A DNA stretch of 64,000 bases from a virus (Duplodnaviria > Caudoviricetes). A program made the position numbers and the translations under genes. Under the pieces are notes generated by a model. The model worked only from the letters and a program-made list of their open reading frames with translations, was not told the origin of the DNA and ran no database searches. The DNA is taken from positions 21,396-85,395 of the IMG/VR virus record IMGVR_UViG_3300020577_012390; one strand, given 5' to 3'. Positions 1 through 9,567 of this stretch are shown here, piece after piece (the stretch's first letter is position 1; each line of letters begins with the position of its first letter).

Positions 1-1
1 T

Positions 2-526
2 ATGCCTAAACTCAAGACCCCAAAAACGGAAGAGAAGTCCGCGCTCCTCGACGAGACGGAGTTTCTGGCTGACCTGACCGCGAGGGCGCGGAAGGCACAC
101 CTCCCCCGGTTCGAGCGCCCGAAGTACGCGGACGGAACCCTCCTCGAACCGAGCCTTCCCCCTGACTTGACGATTTTGACCGACACTCAAATCGGTAAGC
201 TCTTCTCCGAGTTCGCGGCGATGGCTCAGTGGTCCCAGATGCGTCTGGCGGTCTACAACGTCGAGCAGGCCACGAAGAAACGGGTCGAGAAGATGACCCG
301 GGCGAAGGTTCGGCTGGAGAAGAGCGGTACGAACCAGGACAAGGACGCAAAGGTGGAGATCGACCCCCGCACCAGGGCGGCGGGTTACGAGGCGCTTTTG
401 GGAGAGGCGATATTCACGATGACGGATGCGGTGCTCCAGGGGTACCTGATCGGTCGTGATGCGTGTTCCCGGGAGCTAACTAGGCGGGGTTGGTCCCGCG
501 AGAACTTCGGAGCGCGCGGGCAATGA
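2..526 (+). CDS. hypothetical, possibly UvsY-like recombination mediator
   Basis: Helical protein ending in ACSRELTRR, upstream of a resolvase; ATGA overlap with next gene. Confidence 0.35.
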   Translation: MPKLKTPKTEEKSALLDETEFLADLTARARKAHLPRFERPKYADGTLLEPSLPPDLTILTDTQIGKLFSEFAAMAQWSQMRLAVYNVEQATKKRVEKMTRAKVRLEKSGTNQDKDAKVEIDPRTRAAGYEALLGEAIFTMTDAVLQGYLIGRDACSRELTRRGWSRENFGARGQ

Positions 527-810
527 CCACCGAAAACGTCCAGGAACTCCGTGTGGCCTTCAACACGGACATTCACAGTTTGGCCACCTCGATAATCCGT
601 AACCACGACGAGGGGCGCCGGATCTACCTGGCGTGTGTCGGGAGTACGGCGGTCCACCAGGCGATGAAGGCGGTCGCTTCGGTCAACGCGAAGAGCGATG
701 GTCAGGTGGCCGTGACCCCGTTCTTCGACGAGGTCCGGACCATCGACCGGGAGACGAAGAGGCCGATAGTTTTGACGGCCTTGAAATTCTGGGTTATCTT
801 CGAGAAATAA
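523..810 (+). CDS. spoVS: SpoVS-like (Alba-fold) small protein
   Basis: ELRVAFNT..SLATSI..IYLACVGSTAVHQAMKAVA..VTPFF..LTALKF resembles the SpoVS pattern (LKVS..SVAGAL..IQAIGAGALNQAVKAVA..IPAF..TAIKL). Confidence 0.6.
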   Translation: MTTENVQELRVAFNTDIHSLATSIIRNHDEGRRIYLACVGSTAVHQAMKAVASVNAKSDGQVAVTPFFDEVRTIDRETKRPIVLTALKFWVIFEK

Positions 811-811
811 G

Positions 812-1261
812 ATGGCCATAAACGGTAACAGGAAAGGGAAGGTCGGGGAACGTCTTACAGCTTTGGACGTTCGGGAGGCTTTCCCCTGGATCGCGGACCA
901 GGTCCGGAGAGGGTGGCAGGCGCGGAAGGGGTCCGACGATCCTGACGTTATTGGCCTCCCTAAAATCTGGTTGGAGTCCAAGAAGGGCCGCCAACCCAAT
1001 CCCAGGGGCGCGCTCGCCCAGGCGGCGAAGGACTCGAAGGGGCGCGGCCACTACCCGGTGGCGGTCATTCGGGACGACCGGAGCAAGCCCTTCGTGGTCC
1101 TCTATTGGGCCGACTTCCTGGAATTGATCCGTCCATTTGTGCTGAAAGAGACCGAGAGGAAAACCGATGGAACCGAGGCAAATTCTGTACGTGAAGGGCG
1201 AGGACGGCAGGATGTACGAGCAGATCCCGTCCCTGGACGAACCTGGCGAGTTCGTCTATGA
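812..1261 (+). CDS. Holliday junction resolvase, PD-(D/E)xK type
   Basis: N-terminal NRKGKVGER, PDV, WLESK motifs; C-terminal tail overlaps next gene by about 95 nt. Confidence 0.7.
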   Translation: MAINGNRKGKVGERLTALDVREAFPWIADQVRRGWQARKGSDDPDVIGLPKIWLESKKGRQPNPRGALAQAAKDSKGRGHYPVAVIRDDRSKPFVVLYWADFLELIRPFVLKETERKTDGTEANSVREGRGRQDVRADPVPGRTWRVRL

Positions 1262-2327
1262 GCCGGCCGAACCGGGTCTGACGTTCAAGGAGGCCCCGAC
1301 GCGGGACGGACGGTTTATCGCCGTTCGAGATGCGGCGGAACACGCGCGTCACGGGCACCACGTCCAGGCGAACGGGAGGGGTGTGTTCATCGCCTCCCCC
1401 ACCACCCACGCGGCCCACTTCGGGAAGGAGTTCACCGGGGAGGGCTTCGAGGAGGTGGACCCGGCGAAGGCGAAGCAGCACCTCAAGAAATTGAGCGTGC
1501 TCGAAAAACAGATGATGTCCATCCAGGCGGTCCGTCAGGACAGTGCGCCGGGGGCGGCGTCTGTCGAGGTCGTCACCGACGAGAAGTTCTTCGAGCTGCA
1601 CGAGACCTACAAGGCCGCGGCGGCGCGGGGGGAGCAGAACCTCGTCGACTTCACCCCGGTCGCGGTCTACTCCGCTCGCCTGATGAACAAGAAAACCGGG
1701 AAGATGATCCGGCCCCTGATGAGGGGGGAGGTCGGTATTCGGCCCAACGGAACCATCGTGGTTCTGGAGAAGGGGTTTGGCTCGGGAAACCTGATCGCGG
1801 TCCCCAAGGGTTTTCAGAGCGCCAAACCCGATATCATCATCACCGGGATCGACGCCGCCAAGGGCGGGGACGACAAAACCGTCGTCACCGAGTTCGCTGT
1901 CCGTCCCGATGGTGGGGTGGTCATCGCGCAGTCCTACACGCTCCCCAAGTTCGGGGTGAGCGAGGGCGACGAGGTCGAGCCGGAACCGGGTGTCGTCCTC
2001 GACGACCCCTTCCCCGAGCAGCCTCCCACCCACCAGCGGATCATCCGACCGGCGGCGAGGCCGGCTATCGTGGTCCCCCCGACCGTGGGGATCGCGGCCT
2101 CGGGTGAGGAGGACGAGGAAGAGGTGGCGGAATTCAAGCCCAGGAATTCCGATGGGGTGGAAGAGTACCATCCCCGGCCCGCGACCGACGTGGATGAGGC
2201 CGAAGCGGTCCACCCGACCGAGTACAACCCCAACGGCGGGCCCCGGCGTCTGGGCGGGTTCGGGCGGGGGAATGAGCCCCCCTCGGGCGGTAACCGGCGC
2301 TATACCGGGTTTTTCAACAAGGGATAA
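1167..2327 (+). CDS. hypothetical protein
   Basis: GAGAGG RBS, GC3-rich codons, TAA stop. Confidence 0.6.
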   Translation: MEPRQILYVKGEDGRMYEQIPSLDEPGEFVYEPAEPGLTFKEAPTRDGRFIAVRDAAEHARHGHHVQANGRGVFIASPTTHAAHFGKEFTGEGFEEVDPAKAKQHLKKLSVLEKQMMSIQAVRQDSAPGAASVEVVTDEKFFELHETYKAAAARGEQNLVDFTPVAVYSARLMNKKTGKMIRPLMRGEVGIRPNGTIVVLEKGFGSGNLIAVPKGFQSAKPDIIITGIDAAKGGDDKTVVTEFAVRPDGGVVIAQSYTLPKFGVSEGDEVEPEPGVVLDDPFPEQPPTHQRIIRPAARPAIVVPPTVGIAASGEEDEEEVAEFKPRNSDGVEEYHPRPATDVDEAEAVHPTEYNPNGGPRRLGGFGRGNEPPSGGNRRYTGFFNKG

Positions 2328-2332
2328 ACAAC

Positions 2333-2716
2333 ATGCTGGTAGCGGGTTCAGTCACGGTTTCCGGTCCCGATCCGCTCGGGGAGTCGGGTTCCGGTCTCGC
2401 GTGGGCGATCTACACCGCCGACAAGGCGACGTCGGCGATCCTGGACCCCGACGTACCCCCCGAGGGGTGGCCGTCTGGTCCGGAAGCGTGGGCGGTCAAA
2501 GCGAAAATCGGGCGCTACAATCTCCTCAAGGAACTCGCCCGTAAGGCGACGGCGTACGCGGCGGGTATGGTGGGGTACCTGACGGCGAACGCTGAGGTCG
2601 AAGTCAAGGTGACCACTTCCACCGGGGGCCTCCAGCGGACCCCCAACCCCAACAACCCCAACACCGACACGGTGGCGCCCTCGACGGAGAAGACCCTGAG
2701 CGGTACGATCTCCTGA
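2333..2716 (+). CDS. hypothetical protein
   Basis: Operon-like spacing; TGATG overlap with next gene. Confidence 0.6.
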   Translation: MLVAGSVTVSGPDPLGESGSGLAWAIYTADKATSAILDPDVPPEGWPSGPEAWAVKAKIGRYNLLKELARKATAYAAGMVGYLTANAEVEVKVTTSTGGLQRTPNPNNPNTDTVAPSTEKTLSGTIS

Positions 2717-2922
2717 TGCCCAGGAAGTACGCGAATGGTTCCGAGAGCCGCCTGTCCCGCGAGGGTTTGGGCGGCGCTGAGATCGATGGGAAGCGGGTCA
2801 AAGTCATCTACGCCCACGGGGAAAGGCGTAGGAAACGCACGGTCCATTTCGTTGATGGAACGGCGAAAAACATGAGCATCGATACCCTGGTGGGTCACCT
2901 CATCGAGAGCAGGGAGAAATGA
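2716..2922 (+). CDS. hypothetical protein
   Basis: Overlap-coupled to both neighbours. Confidence 0.5.
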   Translation: MPRKYANGSESRLSREGLGGAEIDGKRVKVIYAHGERRRKRTVHFVDGTAKNMSIDTLVGHLIESREK

Positions 2923-3158
2923 CCGACAAGAAACCTGGCTGTTGTGGGGACGCGGTAACCCGAATTGACATCGTCAAAAACGCTTGCAGGAACCTGTGGG
3001 CGGGTCACAAGGGGGTTGCCGAGTTGTACGAGACCATCGTGAAGGACCTGGAGCTGGCCGGCGTCGAGGCGGAGGAGATCGAGCCGTTCAAGGAGCGGGC
3101 GCGGGAACACTTCAAGATGGCCGAAGAGTCGTTGAAGGTTGCGGAATTGACGGAGTGA
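2919..3158 (+). CDS. hypothetical protein
   Basis: ATGA overlap, GC3-rich codons. Confidence 0.55.
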   Translation: MTDKKPGCCGDAVTRIDIVKNACRNLWAGHKGVAELYETIVKDLELAGVEAEEIEPFKERAREHFKMAEESLKVAELTE

Positions 3159-3163
3159 AAAGC

Positions 3164-3976
3164 ATGGCGAATCCAGAGCGTGTGTTGCGGTGCCGGTTTG
3201 CGGTTGTCCAGGCGGCGTTGACCTTCGTGGGGCTGGGCCCCGACCCGGGGGAGGACAAGGAGGGGTACCAGGCGCGGATCTGGCCCAACGACACCCCCTT
3301 CGACCGGCGGGAGATGGCCCTCGGTCCGAAGAAGCAATACTCGTGCGCGATGACGTACGAGCAGGCGTGTCGGAAGGCGGGGTTCCAGTGGCCGATGGCG
3401 TGGATGAAACACGACATCAAGGACGCGCTGGTCCTGTCGATGCGGGAGCGTCTGAACGGTTTCTCACCGCCGCTATATCCGGTGACGATGGGGAACGAGT
3501 TCTTCCGCCAGAAGGGGGGTTCGACCAACCTCACCCGGAAGACGTTCAGCCCTGCGGAGCGCGAGGAGTTCATCGCGAACGCGCTCCTGACGAAGGTTTT
3601 TCTGCCTGGGAATTTTCTCGTCCAGGGTCTCAAGCAGGGAGGACCTCCGGGGTCCGTCTGGGGGAAGAACACCTACAACGGCGAGCACGTCCAGATTTTC
3701 GAGGAACTCGTGGAAATCGAGACGCTCGAAAACGGTGAGATCCATATCACCGCCTGGGTCATCGAGGGCGGCCAGCCGGGCGTGAAGCGGAACCTACGGC
3801 ACTTCGTCATGACCCCGAGGGGCGAACTCTGGGCGACGAAAGACCGGCAGGACCTCGAAGGCGATGGTCGTCCCCATGTCGGCCGGCGTGTCTCGTTCAT
3901 CGGGGACCTGGGGAGCGGGGCCGTCTCGGACTGGTGGACCGACCTCTCCGGCGACGTGAGCCCCACGGGGGTTTTA
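3164..3976 (+). CDS. CHAP/NlpC-like cysteine amidase (putative); ends at TTA 3974-3976, otherwise reads into QueD
   Basis: YSCA (Cys), PGNFLV, GEHVQIFEE (His), VIEGG resemble the CHAP pattern C..PGD..GH.GIVE..IEGN. Confidence 0.5.
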
Positions 3977-3979
3977 CAG

Positions 3980-4351
3980 ATGGCGAAATACCGCATCGGG
4001 AAGACTCTGGAGTTCGCGGCGGCGCACCATATCGAGGGTCTTCCCCCCGACCACCCCTGCTCCAACGTCCATGGTCACTCCTACAAGATGACCATCGAGC
4101 TGGAGAGCGAAGCCGTCGATGACGTCGGTTTCGTCCTGGATTTCAACGTCCTGAAAACGCTCAGGAACCACCTCGACCACCAGGACCTCAACAAGGTCCT
4201 CCCCTGCAACCCGACATCGGAGAACATCGCGAAATGGGCCGCTCAAAAACTAAACGACCTGTTGTTCAGGATGGGCGAGCTGGATGTAAAGATCCTGCGG
4301 GTCCGGGTGTCGGAGAGCGAAACGAGCTGGGCGGAGTGGTCGTCCGTCTAG
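3980..4351 (+). CDS. queD: 6-carboxy-5,6,7,8-tetrahydropterin synthase
   Basis: FAAAHHI..HPCSNVHGHSY, DF..LDHQDLN, NPTSENIA, VSESETSWAE. Confidence 0.92.
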   Translation: MAKYRIGKTLEFAAAHHIEGLPPDHPCSNVHGHSYKMTIELESEAVDDVGFVLDFNVLKTLRNHLDHQDLNKVLPCNPTSENIAKWAAQKLNDLLFRMGELDVKILRVRVSESETSWAEWSSV

Positions 4352-4566
4352 TCCCGCCGAAGGTGAACCGGGACTCGATCAAGGTCCTGGAGCATCTCCT
4401 GGAGATGGCCGAGAAGGGGGAGATCGTCTCCCTGGTCTGCGTCGCAGAATGTACGGGCGATAGGAGCGCCACGAGTTTTGTGATAACCAATAACCGTACC
4501 TCGATGCCGAACATGATCTACGGACTCGAACAGATCAAACATCGGCTTCTGACCCGCGGCGACTAG
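4336..4566 (+). CDS. hypothetical protein
   Basis: GTG start overlapping the queD end, TAG stop. Confidence 0.45.
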   Translation: MVVRLVPPKVNRDSIKVLEHLLEMAEKGEIVSLVCVAECTGDRSATSFVITNNRTSMPNMIYGLEQIKHRLLTRGD

Positions 4567-4577
4567 GAGAACCGATT

Positions 4578-5288
4578 ATGAGCATGTTGAAACTCGTTGA
4601 CTTCGAGAACCCCGTCTGGCGCACCATCCAGGGGGAGGGGAAGCATGTCGGGACCCCCTCAACCTTTGTGCGCTTTTGGGGGTGCGATTTCTCATGCTCA
4701 TGGTGCGACACGAAGCGGTCCTGGGAGCCGGGGTCGAACTACACCGAAATCTCGAAGGAAGACCTGCTCCAGCGGATTCTCCAGGAGGCGGGAGACACCC
4801 GGCATGTCGTCTTGACGGGCGGCAATCCCTTCCTCCAGGGCGATGGGGTCTCCGCGATCATCGTCGCGCTCCAACAGGCGCGGAAGTACGTCACGGTCGA
4901 GACGCAGGGGAGCGTGTTCCACGAGAATATGGTCGCGCTCCCCAACCTCCTCTCCCTGTCCCCGAAGCTGCACGACTGGCGGGAAGAAGAGCTTGAACGG
5001 ATTTTGAGTCATCGTAAATATCGGTTTGCCGCGTCTGGGATCGCGGAGACCCAGATCAAGGTCGTCGTGGCCAACGACGTCGGCGCGGGTATGGCGGTTT
5101 CCAAGCTGCGAAAAATCTTTGAGAACTATCGACTCGGGCTCCTCCTCACGGAGGGGTTGATCCTCCAGCCCGAGTTCTCGTCGGGGAGGGTGGGTGTCGA
5201 AGCGGCGGTCAAGGCTGCCATCGACAACCCGGACGTTCCTCTGCGGGTCATTCCGCAGGCCCACAAGAAATCTCTTTTCGTGAGGTGA
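4578..5288 (+). CDS. queE: 7-carboxy-7-deazaguanine synthase (radical SAM)
   Basis: TIQGEG, FVRFWGCDFSCSWCDT (CxxxCxxC), VVLTGGNP, VETQG, LSPK. Confidence 0.9.
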   Translation: MSMLKLVDFENPVWRTIQGEGKHVGTPSTFVRFWGCDFSCSWCDTKRSWEPGSNYTEISKEDLLQRILQEAGDTRHVVLTGGNPFLQGDGVSAIIVALQQARKYVTVETQGSVFHENMVALPNLLSLSPKLHDWREEELERILSHRKYRFAASGIAETQIKVVVANDVGAGMAVSKLRKIFENYRLGLLLTEGLILQPEFSSGRVGVEAAVKAAIDNPDVPLRVIPQAHKKSLFVR

Positions 5289-5294
5289 AAAGCA

Positions 5295-5480
5295 ATGATA
5301 ACGGTGACCATCAGGAACACGGAGACCGGCCGAGAAGAGACCTTGTCCGGTGAAGATGCTGTCGTGATCGTTGAAGGTCGCGGCGAAGCTGACGTCTACT
5401 CGACGAAGGGAGAGAGCGCGTGCCTCGAAGTTCTAAACGAAACGGTCGACGTGATCCGGCAGCGGTCCTCGCTTCACTAG
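5295..5480 (+). CDS. hypothetical protein
   Basis: Short ORF between queE and folE. Confidence 0.45.
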   Translation: MITVTIRNTETGREETLSGEDAVVIVEGRGEADVYSTKGESACLEVLNETVDVIRQRSSLH

Positions 5481-6040
5481 AGGAACATTTCCGGAAGTTT
5501 CTGGAGGAAGTCGGGGCCTTCAAAAACAATAGCCCCGAACTCGATATCGAGGGTACCCCGGCGAGGGTGGCCAAGATGTACGCGAGGGAACTCCTCGCTT
5601 CCTACCAGGAGGGGGCGCGGGAAGAGTTTCTGGGGACGCTAAAATCCTTCAAACTCACGAAGGAGCCGGAGATGGTGGTGGTCCGCAAGATTCCCTTCAA
5701 TTCCTTGTGCGCCCACCACCTCCTCCCCTTCCACGGGGAAGCCCATATCGGGTACGTCCCCACGACCCATCTTGCGGGCCTTTCTAAGTTTGTTCGGATC
5801 GTGAATTACCATGCCGCGAAACTCCAGACCCAGGAATCCATGACCTCCGACATTGCTCAGGAGATCGAAGACTTCCTGAAGCCCGCAGGAGTGGGTGTGC
5901 GTCTGTCGGCGGTCCACCTGTGCATGTCCTGTCGGGGTGTCCGGGTGGCGGGTTCGGACACCCTGACGACGGCTCTCCGGGGAGTCTTCAAGGAGCCGAA
6001 CGTGAAACAGGAATTCTACTCGCAACTTCCGATTTTGTTA
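5420..6040 (+). CDS. folE: GTP cyclohydrolase I (TTA at 6038-6040; canonical TGA ends 6052)
   Basis: TPARVAKMY, SLCAHHLLPF, GLSK, LQTQE, HLCMSCRGV. Confidence 0.93.
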
Positions 6041-6048
6041 TTCAGGGG

Positions 6049-6078
6049 TTGACTTTCCGTATCAAGAGGGGGTAGACT
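6049..6078 (+). promoter_or_regulatory. sigma70-like promoter
   Basis: TTGACT-N18-TAGACT upstream of 6124. Confidence 0.5.
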
Positions 6079-6123
6079 GGAATTCCAGGGTGAGAGAGAT
6101 CCCTGGAAGGAGCATCCCCGACG

Positions 6124-6531
6124 ATGGAGGAGAAACCCGAGAAACGGCGCTCACTCCCCCTTTGGATCAGGTGTTGGTACTTCGAGCACATGAAACATCG
6201 GGAGGCGTGTGCGGCCCAGATGTATCCCCCGTGCGTGAAGTGCAGCCTCCCAAAGGACCTGCACTACGTCCTCGCGGACGTCGACAAGGAAGCGGTTGCC
6301 GCCGTGGAGGCGGTCGTGGACAAGGCAGAAGACAAATATGAAGATAGACAAAAACAGCGTGCTCGAAGGTCTCGTCCAGTTGGTCTCGTTGTTGGAGGCC
6401 AAGGTGATGGGGGAGGGGGAGGTAAGCGAAAGCGAGGCGGGCGAGTTGCTCCCCTGGGCGGAGGACTTGAAGACGAGCTTCGAGAACTTCGACTGGACGG
6501 GGTTCTCGTCGAAGACGACGCCGACTTCTGA
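6124..6531 (+). CDS. hypothetical Cys/His protein; real end probably near 6340
   Basis: CVKC motif; tail after the next start looks like off-frame reading. Confidence 0.45.
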   Translation: MEEKPEKRRSLPLWIRCWYFEHMKHREACAAQMYPPCVKCSLPKDLHYVLADVDKEAVAAVEAVVDKAEDKYEDRQKQRARRSRPVGLVVGGQGDGGGGGKRKRGGRVAPLGGGLEDELRELRLDGVLVEDDADF

Positions 6532-6898
6532 CGACTTCATCCCCGACGCCATCGGGATTTCCGGCGGTCAAAACCCCCGGTCGGTGACCGCCCCCGACAA
6601 CCCCGGACTGAAAATCCACCTCCGAGTTATGCAAGATCGGTTGACGGAGATTGTGGATGGTCATATACATGACCTCCAAGCCTCCTTGACCGAACTCGGG
6701 TGCGGAGGGGACTGCTACTCCTGTCCCAACCCCGAAGGCTTTTCCGAGACCCGATTTCAGGTGGGCGCCTGCCTGAAAACCGTGGTCGATTCCCTGGACC
6801 TGGACCGGCGCTACTACACCGACAACGAAGAGAACGAGGAAGACCATGCCGAAAGTGAAGACGAAGACCGCTCCGACGAAGAAGACGACGAAGGTTGA
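6338..6898 (+). CDS. hypothetical protein (CxxxCxxC, acidic tail)
   Basis: ATG 6338, GC3-rich codons. Confidence 0.55.
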   Translation: MKIDKNSVLEGLVQLVSLLEAKVMGEGEVSESEAGELLPWAEDLKTSFENFDWTGFSSKTTPTSDDFIPDAIGISGGQNPRSVTAPDNPGLKIHLRVMQDRLTEIVDGHIHDLQASLTELGCGGDCYSCPNPEGFSETRFQVGACLKTVVDSLDLDRRYYTDNEENEEDHAESEDEDRSDEEDDEG

Positions 6899-7658
6899 AG
6901 AGCCGCGGAAGCGGCGGGCGCGCGGGACGGCGCCTCCCCGTCACCCCATCGTCGCGGACCTGAGCGGGGCCCAGAAGAAGGCGTTGTCGGTCGTCGACCG
7001 CCTCCAGGCGACGATCAACGAGACCGAGGAGAAGCTCCAGGAGGCGATGGTCGGATTGGTCGAAGCCCTCGACCCCGCGCTCACCCTGGTCCACCCCGAG
7101 ACCGGCGAGTCCTGGACCGTCATGAACCGCTCCAGCGACCCCAAGAACCCGCGGTACTTCCTGCGGCCGAAACCCACGGGGCGGAAACCGAAGCCCGGGA
7201 AGAAGGTCAAGGAGAAGAAGGAGAAGGCGCCGCCGAAGATCAAGGCGAAGGGTCTGGCGGCGAAGAAGATCGCCGCGAGCGCGGCGACCCCGGCGAAGAA
7301 GGCGGGCCCCAAGGTCAAGGTGAAGGCGAAGGGGAAGTCGGCGCCCGAAAAACCCGTCGTCAAGGTGAAGGTCAAGTCCAAGGCCGCCCCCGCGAAGGCG
7401 GCGACCCCTCCCCCGGCGCCCAAGGCGAAGGTGAAAGTCAAGGCGGCGAAAACCGCGTCCGCGCCGGCCTCGAAGGTCAAAACCAAGGTCAAGGCGCCGG
7501 CTCCCCCGAAGGAGAAGGTCAAGGCCCCCAAGGTCGAGACGTCCACCGGGGCGAAGGACAAGCCCGCCCCCTCGGAACCGGCGATCCCGCCCCCTCCCGG
7601 GGCGAAGGACAAGCCCGCCCCCTCGGAACCGGCGATCCCGCCCCCTCCCGGGTCGTGA
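6846..7658 (+). CDS. Lys/Ala/Pro-rich histone-H1-like basic protein
   Basis: Repeated KVKVKAK/PAKK/APAK segments over about 150 aa. Confidence 0.55.
   Translation: MPKVKTKTAPTKKTTKVEEPRKRRARGTAPPRHPIVADLSGAQKKALSVVDRLQATINETEEKLQEAMVGLVEALDPALTLVHPETGESWTVMNRSSDPKNPRYFLRPKPTGRKPKPGKKVKEKKEKAPPKIKAKGLAAKKIAASAATPAKKAGPKVKVKAKGKSAPEKPVVKVKVKSKAAPAKAATPPPAPKAKVKVKAAKTASAPASKVKTKVKAPAPPKEKVKAPKVETSTGAKDKPAPSEPAIPPPPGAKDKPAPSEPAIPPPPGS
7548..7652 (+). repeat. perfect 51-bp tandem duplication (2 copies, in frame)
   Basis: GAKDKPAPSEPAIPPPP encoded twice by identical DNA. Confidence 0.95.
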
Positions 7659-7661
7659 CCG

Positions 7662-8030
7662 ATGGCGGCGCGTAAGGAGGTGCTGAGGACCCCCCACGCG
7701 ACCGCCCGAGATCGAAAGGTCAGTCTCCTGGTCATCCACGGGAAACTGGCCTTTCGGCGTTCGGTGGTCTACTGCGACCAGGACAAGATGGATTATCCAT
7801 CTGCTAAAAACGACGGGAAGGGGTTCTGCCTGGTTCACGAGAAACCTCTCTCGTGGGACCTCTGCTCGACGTGTCCGTTCAATCGTGGGTTCGCGTGGCT
7901 GTACTCCGACGAGTACCAGCAAGACGAAGATGGAGCCCCGAAAATCAGTTACAAACGCACCCGCGAGGTGGACAATGACCGTGTTCAGGCTGAAGTTCCA
8001 GAGGACGACGACTTTCGGGACGAGTGCTGA
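7662..8030 (+). CDS. hypothetical Cys/His-rich protein
   Basis: YCD, CLVH, CSTCP motifs. Confidence 0.55.
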   Translation: MAARKEVLRTPHATARDRKVSLLVIHGKLAFRRSVVYCDQDKMDYPSAKNDGKGFCLVHEKPLSWDLCSTCPFNRGFAWLYSDEYQQDEDGAPKISYKRTREVDNDRVQAEVPEDDDFRDEC

Positions 8031-8079
8031 TAAAAATACCGAAAATAAAACCTTGATTTTCGGTACGGGGGCGGGTAAG

Positions 8080-8361
8080 GTGGGTTTCACGTTGCGTTAC
8101 CGGAGGACGCGACGGGAACAGGAGGAAACGCCGGGTGAGTGGGTGAAGGCGGTAAGCCAAATTCACCCCGACAAAATCCTAAAGTTGAAGCGCCGGGGAG
8201 ACCTGGCGATCATCCTGATGGAAACGGTTTCAGACACGGCCCTGGAGGAGAAGTTCGACGGATTTTTCCTCATCTGGCTCAAGGTTGCGGTACCCTCGAA
8301 CCGCGGGGATCGGTGGGCTTTTGACACCTCCCTGGACGAACTCGGGATCGGGTTGCTCTGA
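8080..8361 (+). CDS. hypothetical protein (start uncertain)
   Basis: Open frame ending TGA 8361. Confidence 0.4.
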   Translation: MGFTLRYRRTRREQEETPGEWVKAVSQIHPDKILKLKRRGDLAIILMETVSDTALEEKFDGFFLIWLKVAVPSNRGDRWAFDTSLDELGIGLL

Positions 8362-8417
8362 CCCGGTCCTAAACGTAAGTGAACAGCAGACAAACGGTAA
8401 AAGAGAGAGAGAACACC

Positions 8418-9473
8418 ATGAAGAAGCCCAGCGAGATGTCTTTCGGTGAGTTGCGCAAGTTTGCGATGACCTTGAAGGTCGACACCTCGGGCGTGAAGCA
8501 GCCCGACCTCCTCCGGGCGGTCGAGAAGGCGATTGCCGCCCAGAGCGGGAAGGGGACCCCCGCGGACCCCAACCCGAAGGCGAAGGCGGCTGCTCCCTCC
8601 GCCCCCGCGACCACCCCGAAGGAGCGTCCGGCGCCGGCTGCGAAGGAGGACGCCCCCACCCCCGAGGGGCGTGCGAAGGCGGCTGCCCCCGCGGAGACCG
8701 GCGGGTCGATGGGGCCGGCGATCAAGAAGATCGACGAATTGACCGCCCTCATCGGCGGTTTCGAGGAGCGCGTCGAGAAGCTGGAGTCGTTCGGTGACGA
8801 GGTCCGCGGCATCATCGGCGGGTTCTCGAACATCATCACGCTCCTTGGCGGCGCGATCGTCGCCGTCGCGGAGGCGGTGGGCGAGGAGGGTTCCGAGGCC
8901 ATCACGAAGGTCAAGGACCTGGTCGCCGGGGGCGACGGGAGCGTGGGGAACGAGACCCTGGAGATCAGCGACGCCGCCCTCGACAAGATGGAAATCGAGG
9001 AGCTGAAAACCCTCGGCGCGACCCTGAACGCCAAGAAGAAGGCGGGGATCGACCTCGACGTCAAGAGCGCCCGGGTCCTCCGCGAGCGTATCAAGAAGTG
9101 GCTGGCGTCCCACGCGGAAGACCTGACGGTCGACGAAGCCAACCCCACGGCGGCGTCGGGGACGGCGCGCGAGTCCACGAAGAAGCCCGCTCCGGCGGGT
9201 GAGGTCGAGGAGGAGACGGAGGCCGAAGAGGAGGAAGAAGAAGAGGTCCTCCCCGAGTGCCCCTTCAAGGTCGATGAGGCCGTCGAGGTCGACTTCGGGG
9301 AAGAAGGGTGGAAGAAGGGCAAGGTCCTCGCGATCTACGTCGAGCAGGACGGCGAGAACGACGCGGAGAGCTGCGACGTCGAGATCGAGGAGGACGAGGC
9401 GGTGGTCGGCGCCGCCTGGACCGAGATGCGCGCGTTCAAGGCCAAGACCAAGGTGAAGGTCAAGGCGAAGTGA
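8418..9473 (+). CDS. acidic protein with two HeH/Rho-N-like segments and a C-terminal Tudor/SH3-like domain
   Basis: SEMSFGELRKFAM..KQPDLL; KMEIEELKTLG; FKVDEAVEVDFGEEGWKKGKV..CDVEIE. Confidence 0.5.
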   Translation: MKKPSEMSFGELRKFAMTLKVDTSGVKQPDLLRAVEKAIAAQSGKGTPADPNPKAKAAAPSAPATTPKERPAPAAKEDAPTPEGRAKAAAPAETGGSMGPAIKKIDELTALIGGFEERVEKLESFGDEVRGIIGGFSNIITLLGGAIVAVAEAVGEEGSEAITKVKDLVAGGDGSVGNETLEISDAALDKMEIEELKTLGATLNAKKKAGIDLDVKSARVLRERIKKWLASHAEDLTVDEANPTAASGTARESTKKPAPAGEVEEETEAEEEEEEEVLPECPFKVDEAVEVDFGEEGWKKGKVLAIYVEQDGENDAESCDVEIEEDEAVVGAAWTEMRAFKAKTKVKVKAK

Positions 9474-9511
9474 ACGCCTCGATTACCTTACACACCATCG
9501 GCGCCAGTGAG

Positions 9512-9550
9512 AACCCTCGGGGGAGCGATCCCTCGGGGGTTTTCTGCTTT
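9512..9550 (+). terminator. intrinsic terminator
   Basis: AACCCTCGGGGGA-GCGA-TCCCTCGGGGGTT hairpin (G-U pairs) followed by TTCTGCTTT. Confidence 0.7.
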
Positions 9551-9567
9551 CTAAAAACGGAGGAACC

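Noticed and set aside
7548-7652. Mobile element or regulatory repeat
   Set aside because: In-frame 51-bp duplication in a low-complexity protein tail; consistent with slippage
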